From NCBI GenBank assembly GCA_028023455.1, contig JAQFVV010000001.1, positions 1,922,001 to 1,986,000 of the forward strand: 64,000 bases of DNA. The letters are read 5' to 3'. Positions 51,738 to 64,000 of this stretch are shown piece by piece; position 1 is the first letter of the stretch; each line of letters begins with the position of its first letter. The notes under the pieces were generated by a model that saw only the letters and a program-made list of their open reading frames with translations, had not been told where the DNA came from and searched no databases. The stretch is from Epiperipatus broadwayi. Taxonomy: Eukaryota > Animalia > Onychophora. The translations under genes were made by a program, and so were the position numbers.

Positions 51738-52224
51738 AAATTATTTAATAAAATCTATTTTTTCAATTACCGTCTGATCAAAAAAAAAAAAGTTTTCAAC
51801 ACTATTTTAAAACAATTTACGAAACACAATTGCCAAGCTTATGCTTTGAAAGTCTCGTAGCTGTACCTGCGCAAACGCGTGATTTCTGAATAATGCTAGA
51901 ACGTACACTTTTGAAATTCGTTTAACATTAAAAATATGTATACGGAAGCGCATCTTTTGTCTTACAATTAATACTATCTAAAACTACGTCACGTCATTAC
52001 TTCGAATGCACATGCAAAGACTTAGGACAACTTGAATTCTACACACCCTCACACCATCTATAACGATCTGTGAAGTGTGCGATAGTACCACAGCCCAAAA
52101 GCTGTTTAGCGGCCAATATGACCACATGAGCAATATATTTCTGATATGATGTACTGTGTCTTTCTCCTTAAACGGAGTCAGGAATCTTTCTAACAATTAC
52201 ATCCAGAGAAACCTATTCCCCGCT

Positions 52225-52690
52225 CTAAATTTTCCCATATTCTGCTCCATCCCATTTCCACAACATAATCTTTGTCAACTCTATGGCCTTTATATCTAAA
52301 TCCCCCTTATCTTTTCCCAAATCCAGCATAAAAAACAATAATCCACTTTCTATATAATCACTTTTTTCATATTTATTCTTCCATAACTTTATTATTTGTA
52401 CCCTTTCTGTTTTAAAGCATTTGCATTCAATTAACAAATGCCTAATATTTTCTATTCTTTCCTTATACAATTTACAGACTAAATCACCCATATTTTTCCA
52501 TTTACATGCATATTCTCTTGTTGCTAAAGATCCCGTTCTAGCCTTAAACAATAAACTACTTTCCTTACTATTATCATATATTAACTCGCACCTAATATTC
52601 TGTTTACTTCTATATATATATTTAAACTTTTTTTATTCTCCATACTAATTCTCCATCTCTCTAATTCCCTATTCTTCATTAATAAATTTA
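52225..52690 (-). mobile_element. Non-LTR retrotransposon 3' fragment (C-terminal CCHC region)
   Basis: IYDNSKESSLLFKARTGSL...CKLYKERIENIRHLLIEC: degenerate C-x2-C...H-x4-C domain typical of LINE ORF2 C-termini. Clade not assignable by eye. Confidence 0.7.
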
Positions 52691-54675
52691 TTCTTTTGCA
52701 TGGAAACAGCGACATCAAGCGGTGTACCAAAGATGCCATAGCAGATGATTATAGAGGCAATATAGTTTAGGACATTATGTGTATTTATAAAACTGATTTT
52801 GTGAATATTCTGATGAAATATCAAGTGTGTATTCATTATTTTCTTATTTCTGTAAGCAGTTATTAAATCACTGAACTGATTTATTTATAAATGCAGAAAT
52901 GGAATATGAATTTTAAAACTGATAAAGGAAATTAGTATTAATAAAATTGATACTTTATGTGTTTACATGCATGCTCTATTTATTAAGTAATGTTAGTTCC
53001 TGATCATTGTAATAGCATTTCACCCATAAATACATTAGGACAGCATAATTTTAAAGAAATTCTTATTGTTCAGTAGTACAAACTATTAACTTTAGTTTTG
53101 TAGACTTAATAATTCTGTTGAAGGTGTATTAACTGTTTTAGATAAAACTTTTAAATGCTCTGTGTGGTTTAATGCAGTGATAGAAAGTTTCTCTGAAGTG
53201 CAATATCTTCAGATTGACCCTAGTTCTGGCACTCAAATTTATGAATTTCCAAGCAATAAAACCATTTGATTATTTATTTAAAAGATTTCAGAAATCTTGA
53301 CATTCTAGGATTATAGTAATCTAATAAAAATTGTCGATTTTCTCTCTTGAAAAAAAAAAAAAAACCGCAGTTAAAGAACATCATAAAATTAGTTTTAAGT
53401 GATAGTTTATTAATTGTGCATAAATAATAGTGATTAAAGAAAATAGTTTGAAAATCATGTAATTAAAGCTGCCAGAAATTACAGTTTTAAAGTTAATGGA
53501 TAATAAATAGAAATATTGTTTTTATTGAACCTTTTTAAGTTTAAATATCACAAAGATTAATTAAAAATCTCCAATGTTTCACTAGTTTCAAAATCAGCTT
53601 AAAGCTATAGGAATAATTAACTGTTGCAAAAATGAGTAAATAGTTTTATTGATAAATTAATGATTACTTTAATATTGAATATTAAATAGAAAATGCTTGC
53701 ATATCTCAGAGGCAATTTCCTAATTAGTACAACCTTTTCCTTGTTCTATATAGTCTAATACAACAGTAAAGACTGCTTGATAAATTTGCTGTTGGTAGGG
53801 GGAGGGGGTTAGAGCTCAGTTTGATCTGTTGAATGGAATTGTGTTCAGTCTATTACTTAGTTGCATAAATATGATATAACACCCTTCTCTTGTAGTAGCA
53901 TTTATCATAAATAAAAAAAAAAAGCTTGTTTAGAGTTATTAGCACGCTCTTAATTTTACATATTTGTAAGTGCAAGCTATATATAAGTCATGTGACATCT
54001 GACTTGTTATTATTACTATTATTATTTGATTATATAATTATTTTTATTCTGATACATGAAATAAAATTTACATATGTTAATATAAATTCAACTTTCAAAA
54101 GCCATTCATATAATCTTCAAAAGTCTGAAAAATTAACAAAATTTTATTGAAACAAAGAACTGTTATTTTTCTTAATATCTCACTATTGTTTAATATTATT
54201 AGAATAATAATTCATTGTTTAAAGTCAACATAAAAAAAAAGGATGTGTCTTTATAGATGCTTATTTGTTAGGCACCAGCCATGGCAGTTTGACTTATCCG
54301 ATTATTTCTTTTCCTAACAAAGACATTTAAGTGTGTGTGGTTTTTTTTTATTTAAATATGAAACATCTTTCCATTGAGGTTATTGAAACAATGTGATGCT
54401 GAGTTATAATTCAGAAGATTTAGAAAAAAGTAATAAAACACTATTCAAGATATAAGCTTGTAACTGCTAAGAATTTTTTCTAAATAAGCCAGTAATGTCA
54501 TATACTTTCAATTATTTTCATTTTGTGATATTTTGTAGATTTTTATATATATATCCTTTTAAGCTTTGTTATTCATTCTGTAACAATTAGATAATGTGAA
54601 AGTGATTTATTTATATGCATATTTTATAAGATCATTATTTTTGATTAATTTTTCATTATTATTACTTTTTTACAG

Positions 54676-54821
54676 CGTATCCTGATGTAATTGTCAAAGA
54701 CATTACAGAAGATCATGAATTTATTGTATTAGCTTGCGATGGCATATGGGATGTTTTATCTAATGAAGAAGTTGTAGATTTTATCAGAGCAAGGATAACA
54801 GAAAAAATGGAACCTGAGCAT
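54676..54821 (+). CDS. PP2C exon ([49 protein letters not shown])
   Basis: tttacag acceptor, gtaagc donor; LACDGIWD catalytic motif. Confidence 0.97.
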
Positions 54822-55460
54822 GTAAGCTTTATACAAATTATCTCTTTGCAATATGTACTATTATTAGATTCCACCAAATCAATATTGACTTTTATTGATC
54901 ATATAAATAGCAATTCTGCACAGTGATCTACCATACATTTGGTTTTTCAAGCTGCTACATATATGTATTATTATTAGTTATCAAATCAGATTATGTTCTC
55001 CAACCTTTTCTAAACTATGCTATATGCTTTAAATGCCATCGCTAATAGCTTTCATATGATCATCTGTCTGATTCTATTCTTTACATCCTATACATAATTT
55101 ATAAATCCTTTATCTGTAGATGCATATCCAATTCATTTAGTTTGTTAATAATATTCATATATTAGAAATTTTCTTCATTTAACTGTTATAATGTTATTGC
55201 ATTGCTGATCTTATCTGATTGTCACATTTGTGATCCATTTAAAGCTTATTTCAAACAATTCATTTTAACAATTTTTTTAAATCTATCTTGTAGGCCATAT
55301 AATAATATTTTATTTTTATTAAAAATCTGTTTAGGTATTGAAATTCTGTAATTTCATTATCAATTTTTTCAACTTTCCATATATATATAACTGTAATAGT
55401 GGTCAAGGCTAAATGAGTTTGTAAGTAATCATTAAAAACCAATCAACACAACAATTTGAA

Positions 55461-55882
55461 ATTGTTGATTGTTATTGATATTGGGATTGTCTAAGTGTTG
55501 ACTGGTTTTGAATGATTACTTACAAACCCATTTAGCCTTGAGAATTATTATACTTATTATTTAAATAATACTTTGGGTGCAATTTGAAATTTATAATTGC
55601 AATTTGTAATGTTATAATTAACTCTTTATTGTCTGCAATCAGAATAGGTTATGTTTACCTGTTTAAAGAGGTTTGTTTAAACTTCTTTGCATCAATAATT
55701 TCAATCTTTGTGGTCATGTTGCAATATTTAATGTCTAAAAAAAAAAAAAAAAATATTAGACTATTAATAAAGGTGGGATTCCACCTTTATTGTTAAGAGG
55801 AGGTTGTCTTGACAACAGATGGAGATTGTTGATTGTTATCTATATTGGGATTGTCTAAGAGTTGACTGGTTTTTAATGGTTA
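55461..55882. repeat. Pair of 58-bp direct repeats 364 bp apart
   Basis: attgttgattgttat..atattgggattgtctaag.gttgactggtttt at 55461-55518 and 55825-55882. Confidence 0.8.
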
Positions 55883-56096
55883 TATATATATAAAAGTACT
55901 AATTGTTCTGTAACTTGCTGCCCAGTGATTATTCATTTATTTTTCTCTGTCTATTTTCATAGCTTTAATTTTACTTTATTATTTTCATCTCAGACTTTTT
56001 ATAAATTCCAGTATTTCTATAAAGCATTTACTAAGGTAATCTTCATATTTGTATGTATTGTCATATTATTAGCAAAATTGATGTAATGTATCTTAT

Positions 56097-56236
56097 AAAA
56101 AAAAAAAAAAAACATCCAATAAAAAAAAAAAAATTTAATAATTAATTATGAAAATTTTTATTATTTATTTAAAAAAATTTAAAAATTATAAAAAAAAAAA
56201 AAAAAGGAAGAAGATCCTCTCCACCCTCCTAACCTA

Positions 56237-56291
<55 letters not shown>

Positions 56292-56681
56292 CAACTAAAA
56301 ATAAAAAAAAAAAAAAAAAAATTAAATATAATTTAAAATGATGGAAAATAATTAATAAATAATTTTATAAAACTTAAAAATAAAAATCAAAAATGAAAAA
56401 ACAAACCCCAAACCCACCAAACAACAAAAAAAAAAAAAAAAAAACAACCTTTACTTTTAGGTGGAGAGAAAAAAAAAAACATCTTTTAAATTAATTAATT
56501 AAAGGGGTTTCCCCTCTGTTTTAAAAAAAAAAAAAAAATAAAAAAAAAAAAAAATATTTTATTATTATGTGTCTTTGTTCTCTCCAAGACAAAATTTTTT
56601 TGTTCCTCCCCACCCAAAAAAAAAAAAATATAAAGGGGAGCCTCCCAGGAAAAACTCCATCCAAGGAAATACTTGATTACC
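56097..56681. other. Homopolymer-rich (poly-A/poly-T) block flanked by a 9-bp direct repeat
   Basis: Long A and T runs; GTATCTTAT at 56088-56096 and 56682-56690. May be low-quality consensus. Confidence 0.55.
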
Positions 56682-56699
56682 GTATCTTATTATAATTGC

Positions 56700-57250
56700 T
56701 ATCTCTATTTTTATCAAAATAAATTTATTTAGAAAATATTAAATAAAAAGTTTCACTTATTTATATTTCTTCTTAAATCTGTTTTTTCTATAAAAATATT
56801 ATTTAGTTTTACTAGCAGCATCTCTTTTTTGTTTTGTTTTCAAAATTGCCATTAAGATAACACATTTCCCTCTTAAATATCTTTCTAAAATCAATAATTT
56901 CTTCTATTATATATATTTTCTCAATTGCATTTTTATTATCTTTTCTAAATCTATGCTGCTCTTCAAATAGATATTTGTCTACTACTTCAACTGCATATAA
57001 AATTAAACTAATTGTTTTAAAAACTTTACTATTTGCATTTGTCCTTTTCTCTACAGGAATTATAATTATCTATTATTATTCTCTTAAAAGTTTTATTACA
57101 AACATCAACTAATTTGTCAAATTATTTTTCACATATTCTTTTAATAATTCAATTGGAATCTTGTCCTTTTTTGAAAAAACAAACAAACAAACAATTTCTT
57201 TCTTTATTATTGCACAAAACTATTTTATTCTTATTTACCTGATTTTTCAA
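56700..57250 (-). mobile_element. Possible very old LINE RT remnant
   Basis: Minus-strand LFEEQHRFRK resembles the EEQxGFRK RT motif; pyrimidine-rich + strand. Single motif only. Confidence 0.3.
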
Positions 57251-58256
57251 TTAACATAGGTGATAAATCACATATATATATTCTTCCCATCTTTTCAGTA
57301 CATACATCTACTAGCTTACCATTTGTATGTTCAATTACTATTTTATTTTTGCAACTTTTCTTTTCTTATCTAAATTGTTTACTTTTATTACATATACAAA
57401 CTTGCATAACATCTCCAGTCAAGTCAACATTAATTATAAAAGTGAATCAAAGAATTTATTTGAAAGGCTCATAATTTGGGAGTTTGAGTCTATGATCGAA
57501 GGATATTGAAAATTTTTTTTAAATTCCAAAAATATTTAAGGTTTTTTTTTTTATACTCAGCACATGACTAATCTAGCTAGCCATCCAGTATCGGCATTGA
57601 GCTTTTTTTATCTAGAAGATAAAAATCATAGTTTAATCTAAATTAATCAGATTGATGTCAATTGTAATATGTTGCAACTTCAGTCATGGAGATATTAATA
57701 TATTCTTATGGATAATGATCTCATGCTTTACCTTTATATTTTTAAACATTAACTATGTTCTCTTTTTTCTCCCTATTTGACAATTAGAATTTTATTATAT
57801 GTACTTGTTAGTTATTGTACAATCTTATACATGATGCAGAGCTCACTTGAACAACTCTTTTGAACACTAACAAATTATTCGTAAATTTAGGCATTGGTAC
57901 TTAGAACTTAAGTATAGATTTCCTATTAAAAATTAACCTTGAAGTCCTGCCCACAAATTACTTTTTATCCTATAGAAGCGAAATTGCTAAAATTAACCCA
58001 ATCTTCCCACTTTGCCAACTCTCTGAAGAAACCAAAATATGGCACTTGTAAATTAAGTTGTAGTAATTTTCTCCATTGATCTATGATGTTGAGGTCATAT
58101 GAAAGATAAGACTGATCTAGTTTGAATTAGAAATGCATGTATCTTGGAATTATTTGCTTCTTTCAGATGTCTTAATCCATGTGTTTTAAGTATTTGTAAA
58201 ATTTAAAAATTTTGTAATATATATATGAATACAACCATACTTTTTTTTTCATTTAG

Positions 58257-58514
58257 ATTTGTGAAGAACTTATGACACGTTGCCTTGCACCTGATTGTCA
58301 GATGGGTGGTTTAGGTTGTGATAATATGACTGTTGTCCTTGTTTGTCTTTTACACGGTGGAACTTATGAAGAACTTGCTCTCAAATGTGCACGACCTAAA
58401 TCAGCTGTTAAAGAAAACTGTGTAGCAAATATAACTATTCCTGATGCACCACCTACTGACTCTACACAAAATGGAGCTATCGAATCTGCGACTGAACTTC
58501 TGAGCAGTGCATGA
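58257..58514 (+). CDS. PP2C last coding exon (ICEELMTRCLAPDCQMGGLGCDNMTVVLVCLL...ELLSSA*)
   Basis: tttag acceptor; CLAPDCQMGGLGCDNMT is characteristic of the T23F11.1/CG17746 subfamily; TGA at 58512-58514. Confidence 0.97.
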   Translation: MCEELMTRCLAPDCQMGGLGCDNMTVVLVCLLHGGTYEELALKCARPKSAVKENCVANITIPDAPPTDSTQNGAIESATELLSSA

Positions 58515-58623
58515 CAAAGCTGATCCATTATACTTTTTTAAAATTTTAATTTAATTTTATATGAATATTCAAAAAAAGTAGCACCTTTTTATAAATAAGT
58601 GTTATTGATTAACACTAAGTGCG

Positions 58624-58648
58624 AATAAAATGTTATTGTATAAATAAA
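58624..58648 (+). terminator. Candidate polyadenylation signals (AATAAA x2)
   Basis: AATAAA at 58624 and 58643, ~110-130 nt after the stop. Weak evidence in AT-rich DNA; the UTR may be much longer. Confidence 0.3.
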
Positions 58649-59786
58649 AAAAAAGGAAAAAAGTTTCAAAAAAAAAAGAAAGAATTCAAACATTTTAAAT
58701 AAAAAATTGAAGTAATTTGAATATTACATGCTTAGTGCTTACAAGAGTGTGAGTATATGTATATATCAATATATGCACATTCACACTTGTGTAAATGATT
58801 GGATTAAATATTCAGTCAACATCCGTTATTTGTTTTTTAACTTGATGACTCATATGATACATAGGTGTTTATATGTACATAAATGGTAAATGCTTCTTTT
58901 TTCAATAGATACCTCACTGGTGCTTTTTTTGATTATGTGCGGAAATGATGGCCTATGTATATGGTATAATGAATGAGATATTTCAAATTATGTGATTGTA
59001 TGTTTATAGGTGTGTTAAAGTTTGGGTTTTAAAATGAACGAAAAACATTTTTTCTAATATACTTTGTAAATTTTCTGAAAAGAGTCATGATTTTCTGAAA
59101 TATTCTAGTTTTCTTATGGTTAAACCCAAAAGGGCATTGTTAAGATGGAAATAAATATTTTATTTATAAATTATACATCCATTATTTTTATTTATAGTAA
59201 TTTGTTCTCCCATCTATTCCCCAAGAACTAAAATTCTTTTAGAGAGAAGTTATTTACTTAGATTAAAATTCATTAATTTCAACTAAATGTGAATTAAATA
59301 AAATCTGATAATATTGAAAAGCTTGTTTCACCCATTTTCTTACTCACACACACAAAAAAGCTAGAGGGCACTAGTGAATTTTATATATGTATTACTGTCA
59401 AGTTGTCTTGTTTATCATCTGTAATGTAAAATACATGTTATTTTATAAAGCAATATTATAAATTATTTTATACATTTTTCTTTTTTCATTTTAAAAGTAA
59501 AACTACTAATTATTATTTTAAAATAGTTCTTTCTAAAAGTTAACTTTTTTTTTTTTTACTGATTTATAAAACTATTTTATAAAAATTTGTTTAAAATTTT
59601 AAATGCTTTAAATAAAAGTTTATTTTATGTAATCAGCTGTTATAATATTTCTAAAGCATATATATATATTAAGTTATATAACATTAAATTTTTCAGCAGT
59701 GCTATCTGGTTGTTACAAAACTCCCAATCAAGCAGACAGAAAATTTTTGTATTTAATTCCAGCATAATTTTATGCATATTTTAATT

Positions 59787-59816
59787 TGTGTGTGTGTGTG
59801 CGTGCGTGCGTGCGTG
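59787..59816. repeat. Compound microsatellite (TG)n(CGTG)n
   Basis: tgtgtgtgtgtgtgcgtgcgtgcgtgcgtg. Confidence 0.9.
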
Positions 59817-60494
59817 TTAAAAACATGAGCAATCTAAACAAAGTGAATTTTTATAATTTAGTTCATTCATTTTTTTTTTTTTATTGTAAAGTCCATTTAG
59901 TCTATTAATTTCATTTTAAATTTTATTTATTTCAAATTATTTGTGTGTGTAAATAGAGAATGTATATAAATTTATGTACACAGAGTGGTTTATAAAGTTA
60001 GCAACAATATATTATTTTACATCACATATTCTAGAGCTATCTATAAAAGCTTATGTAATCACTGAACATTAGATAGTGGTGTTAACCATATCCCAATCAC
60101 TAGCTTTTGATTATTGACCTTCATTAATAGTGAGCAATGGATTTTATATATTAATCCAGTAGCCATCTCTAATGTTTTGAACCCAAACCTACTTAGTTGT
60201 CAAGTCACATAAGTCTGATGATATTAAATCAATAACTATATTTTACTGATATTAGTTATATGGTAATGGTAGAGTGGAATATGTAAAATCCAGTGCTCTT
60301 CATTAACAAAAATCACCAACCATAAATAAGTAGTCAAGGAATCGGGTTTTTGGTATTAATATCTAGAGTCTCTCTTTACTTATGTTTATATAGGATGGCT
60401 CTAGAGAAGAGTGATATATAATGGATTATATCTGTTAATACGGATGTTAAATGTAGATTAGGAATCATGCAATGTTTTGCTTATAAAGCATACA

Positions 60495-60538
60495 TGGCCG
60501 ACTGATGAAGGCTGGTTCTGCAGAAATGCATCTTGAGG
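60495..60538 (+). ncRNA. Degenerate minimal hammerhead-like motif (second family)
   Basis: ccga-CTGATGA(60502-08)-AGGCTGGTTCTGCA-GAAA(60523-26)-TGCATC-ttg. Palindromic ATGCAT stem III, AUC triplet; stems I and II imperfect. Confidence 0.4.
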
Positions 60539-62851
60539 ATCCTTTATTTTTTCATATATCTTCATACATATGTCTTAAGGGTGCATAGAATGTGTAAGTT
60601 TTATTGTAAATATGATAAAAGTAATTGGTCCCTATTTATCTCGTATAACTATTTTAAGCTAAAGAATTAAAACAATTTTAAATTTCACTTCAGACTCTAC
60701 AATTGCATGAAAAAAAATCAGTAGAGGAAGAAAAAGTTAACTACTGTTTGGGATTGATTCAATAATAGACAATAAATGTTGTAGAAAAGAAAAAGTTCTT
60801 ATTACAATAAAATTATGCAGCTATTGAGGTATGATATAAATAAATGAGTAAATTGGTTTAACAGTTATACTGCATAAAACCGAACTGTGATCAAGTTCAA
60901 AAGATTAAATTTGGTGTCTTTTCATGGCATGTATGTCCAAAGCTAATAAAATTTAAAATTGTACACTGACTTTATAAACACTATGTACTTATATGTGTTT
61001 GTTTGTTTTATGAAATGCCCTTTAGCTTTTATTATTTTTTTACATTTGTTGCTGTTTTATATGTGAACTGTTAATTTCACTTTTTACTGCTTTATATACT
61101 TTAAATGCATCAGGTTTGATCATGTATTGTAGAAACTTTTTTTTTAATATTTGACAATACATTTAGAATTATATGTATGTAGCTTCTTTTTTTTTAAACA
61201 TTGTGTCTGGAATTTTCCTCCAACCGAAGCCAGTTTTTTTTTTTTTTGTTGTTGTTGTTATCAAAAAAAAAAAAAAGTTGTAATTACTTAAATTATTGTA
61301 GTTGTTTATTATACATATATGAAAGATAAAATCACTGTGATGTCAATCGAGTTTTGGATGTATATGTATAGAAAAATTTATAATATTGTTTTTGGTATAA
61401 TAATAATTAAAAAAACTTTTACATAATTAAAGAAATAAAAACAATTGAGTGTATCTTATTTTTTGTAAATAAAATCTTAATAACCTAATATATTTTTAAA
61501 AATGGACACTTAATAAGATTTTATAGAATTAAAGTTTGTGTTCATATGTGTGGATATAATAAATGTGTATCAAGATATAATTCTAGTAATTAACTGCCTT
61601 TATTAGAAACCAATATACAATTTTCATTAGTTCCATGCTTTTTAAAATTTCTAATAGATAATTGTATAATTGTATGGTGCTTACGATCAAGCACTTCAAT
61701 AGTAGGTGAGCACTTAGAGCTCCATTTATTTGATCAAACAGATATTTTTTTTCTTATCTTGTGGTAGTTACTCTGACATTGTGATAATTTGAAATCATGT
61801 GATATTGACTAGAGATCAATCATCAATAATTTTCTAATCACTAAAGAAAATTCTCTAATGTACAAGAATATCAGATGAACACTGAAATAAGTTTAATATC
61901 ATGTATTTTTATAAGAATATTTAGAATTATATCAGGAGCAGAAACTTTGATAGTATTAAAACAGAGAACATTTTTGATAAAATGGTAAAAAGTTATTGAC
62001 TTTATACAGATTCAAGTTTAAATATAATTTAAATATGTGATGTTAAAATAATATATGGTAATAAGATGGAACTACTTTAGATAACAACCAATTGTAAGTG
62101 TTTGATCATAGTACCACATCAACAATAAGAATAAGAGAAACTTAAGTCATAAGAATTAATAGTAGAATTAATTATAAAATTTGGTTAGATAAACAAAACT
62201 AAATTTAGTAATTTTTATAGAAAATAATGAAAAAATAATACAATAGTCTGGTTAGCTCAAGGGGTGTGTGTGAGACAAATATTTTTAAACAGGGCAAGAT
62301 TCAAAACTAGTAATAACATAAAGATTAAGACTGTTATAAGACTGAGAAATTAAATTTTAACTTTGAATAGATGCAGAAATAAGTCAGTTCAAATTACGTG
62401 AAATAGCAAAAGCTCCAGTTACTTAAATCATTTAACTAGTTAAAAAAATATATATTAGTTTTTTTTTGTCAGAATGTACTAACATCTTTAAAACTATAAT
62501 ATTTTTCAATCTATCATATTTATGAAATATAATTATTATGATTAAAGATTGACTATTATTTTAAACATTATTTAATTGATTTGATATATTCACATTTATA
62601 TGATAATAGTTCTAGTATCAGCTGGTGTGACTGCAATTAGGCACCAAGCAGGGATTGCTTGTTGACTTGAAGGGTGATAAGTATCTGGTATGATCTTTTA
62701 TAGTTGTGATGGTTCGACATGAACATTTAAGATTATGCATAAATCTAATGTAAATATGAATATCATTTATATCTCATGTTAAAAATGATTTTCTATGGAT
62801 TCTTATTATTAGAGTAGATCAATTTATTCTGAAAATCTTGAGTCCCTAGAG

Positions 62852-63544
62852 CAGTGGTGCACATTTTTTTTACACTTGCGATCCTCATACTTAGACTGAA
62901 ACTTTATGTGACCTATTATATGTTACCATCCTATTATAAGCCTATAAGGATAGTAATAATAAAAATCATTTTACTACCTACAAATATATATCTTCTTCTT
63001 TGCTATTATCTTATTTTCTGAACATTTGGTTTTCATTACCCATTTATTCATTAAAAATTATAATTTCTATCATATATAAAAATGAGAACAGGATTTAAAA
63101 AATATCTAATTATAAACCTTATGACAAAAATAATTATGACAAATAATAATACTTGGTTTTTAATAGATCTGTTGATTTGTAGAAATTACAACTTTTTTAA
63201 CCTGTTTTAGAAAATGTGTACGTAAGAACGTAGTACCACATATCAATGTTAGGAGAATACTAGCAGAGTGAACAAGAGAAATAAGAGCAATATAAGTGAA
63301 GTGCCATTATGATGTGTTATTTATACAAAGAAGATTGGAATATAAAGAAGTAAATGTTTAAACACAAAAGTGGTCAGACACACAATAATGAGTTAAGTGG
63401 TTTTCATGTATTTTTTAAGTGTTTAGATTTTTGTTTTTCAATTAAAAATTTATAATTCAACATGAGAATTCAAAATTTTCAAGACTGCCAACAATTTTTC
63501 TGTGATCCCTTGAGGAATCATGACTCACAGGTTGAATATTGCAG
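62852..63544. mobile_element. Non-autonomous hAT (Charlie-type) element
   Basis: Starts CAGTGGTGCACA; ends ...catgactcacaggttgaatattgcag, resembling the Charlie-type cgacccacaggttgagaaccactg end. 8-bp flanks CCCTAGAG / CCCTAGGT (6/8, CTAG-centred as typical). Confidence 0.55.
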
Positions 63545-64000
63545 CCCTAGGTGATATGGGAGACTATTAAGCACTGCTTCTTTGTTAGATGTTCCTGAAA
63601 ATATTTTAGGGGAGAATTGTAATAGTGGGTCATTTTTAACTTGGAAAAATTAAAAACTTCAAGAATAGTTGCTTGTTGAAATTAAGATTAAAGGAAAGTA
63701 TATTAATTTGTATTTTTTTTCAAAAAAGCAAAGTCATGAAATACTTAAATGCATTGTGCATGTACAATATTATTAACAAGCTATGCCAAAACAATATTGT
63801 TTTTTTTAAAAATCCATGTTTCAAAAAGGCATAATTTTTAAATTTTCTTCTTTGTATTTAAGTAATAAACATATATATTATATTTGTTATTGACGAGGGT
63901 TTTTTTTATTATTGTATGTCATATGGCATTATCAAGTGGATGGATCATATGCTATAATGACAATGGCAAATAATCCCATAAACCAACCCACTGTGACTGT

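Noticed and set aside
2027-59784. Remaining short ORFs in the track (e.g. 2027-2386, 3610-3975, 20972-21433, 45193-45877, 56148-56336)
   Set aside because: Antisense shadows of TE ORFs or low-complexity I/L/F/K-rich frames from AT-rich DNA.

Overview
Very AT-rich eukaryotic (animal, probably arthropod) genomic DNA, almost all intronic. The only host gene I can support is a + strand PP2C/PPM-family Ser/Thr phosphatase (C. elegans T23F11.1 / Drosophila CG17746-like). Eight coding exons (16156-58514) splice in frame into 306 codons plus stop, with all metal-binding motifs intact. The first ~35 codons are not in the window, and the acceptor before the first visible exon looks like a minor-spliceosome (U12) 3' end. 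The introns carry many mobile elements: a near full-length degenerate RTE LINE, RTE-like fragments, hAT and pogo/Tigger-type remnants, a decayed Gypsy provirus (34842-40755), and a younger LTR element with 2.6-kb LTRs that encodes Gag-protease but no RT/RNase H/integrase core (42394-50819). The most unusual signal is a foldback repeat family (10055-10530, 12700-12966, 13201-13370) whose inversion point sits at a minimal, Penelope-type hammerhead ribozyme motif; a second unrelated hammerhead-like motif lies at ~60500. All alignments, translations and identity estimates were done by eye; no database search was run.
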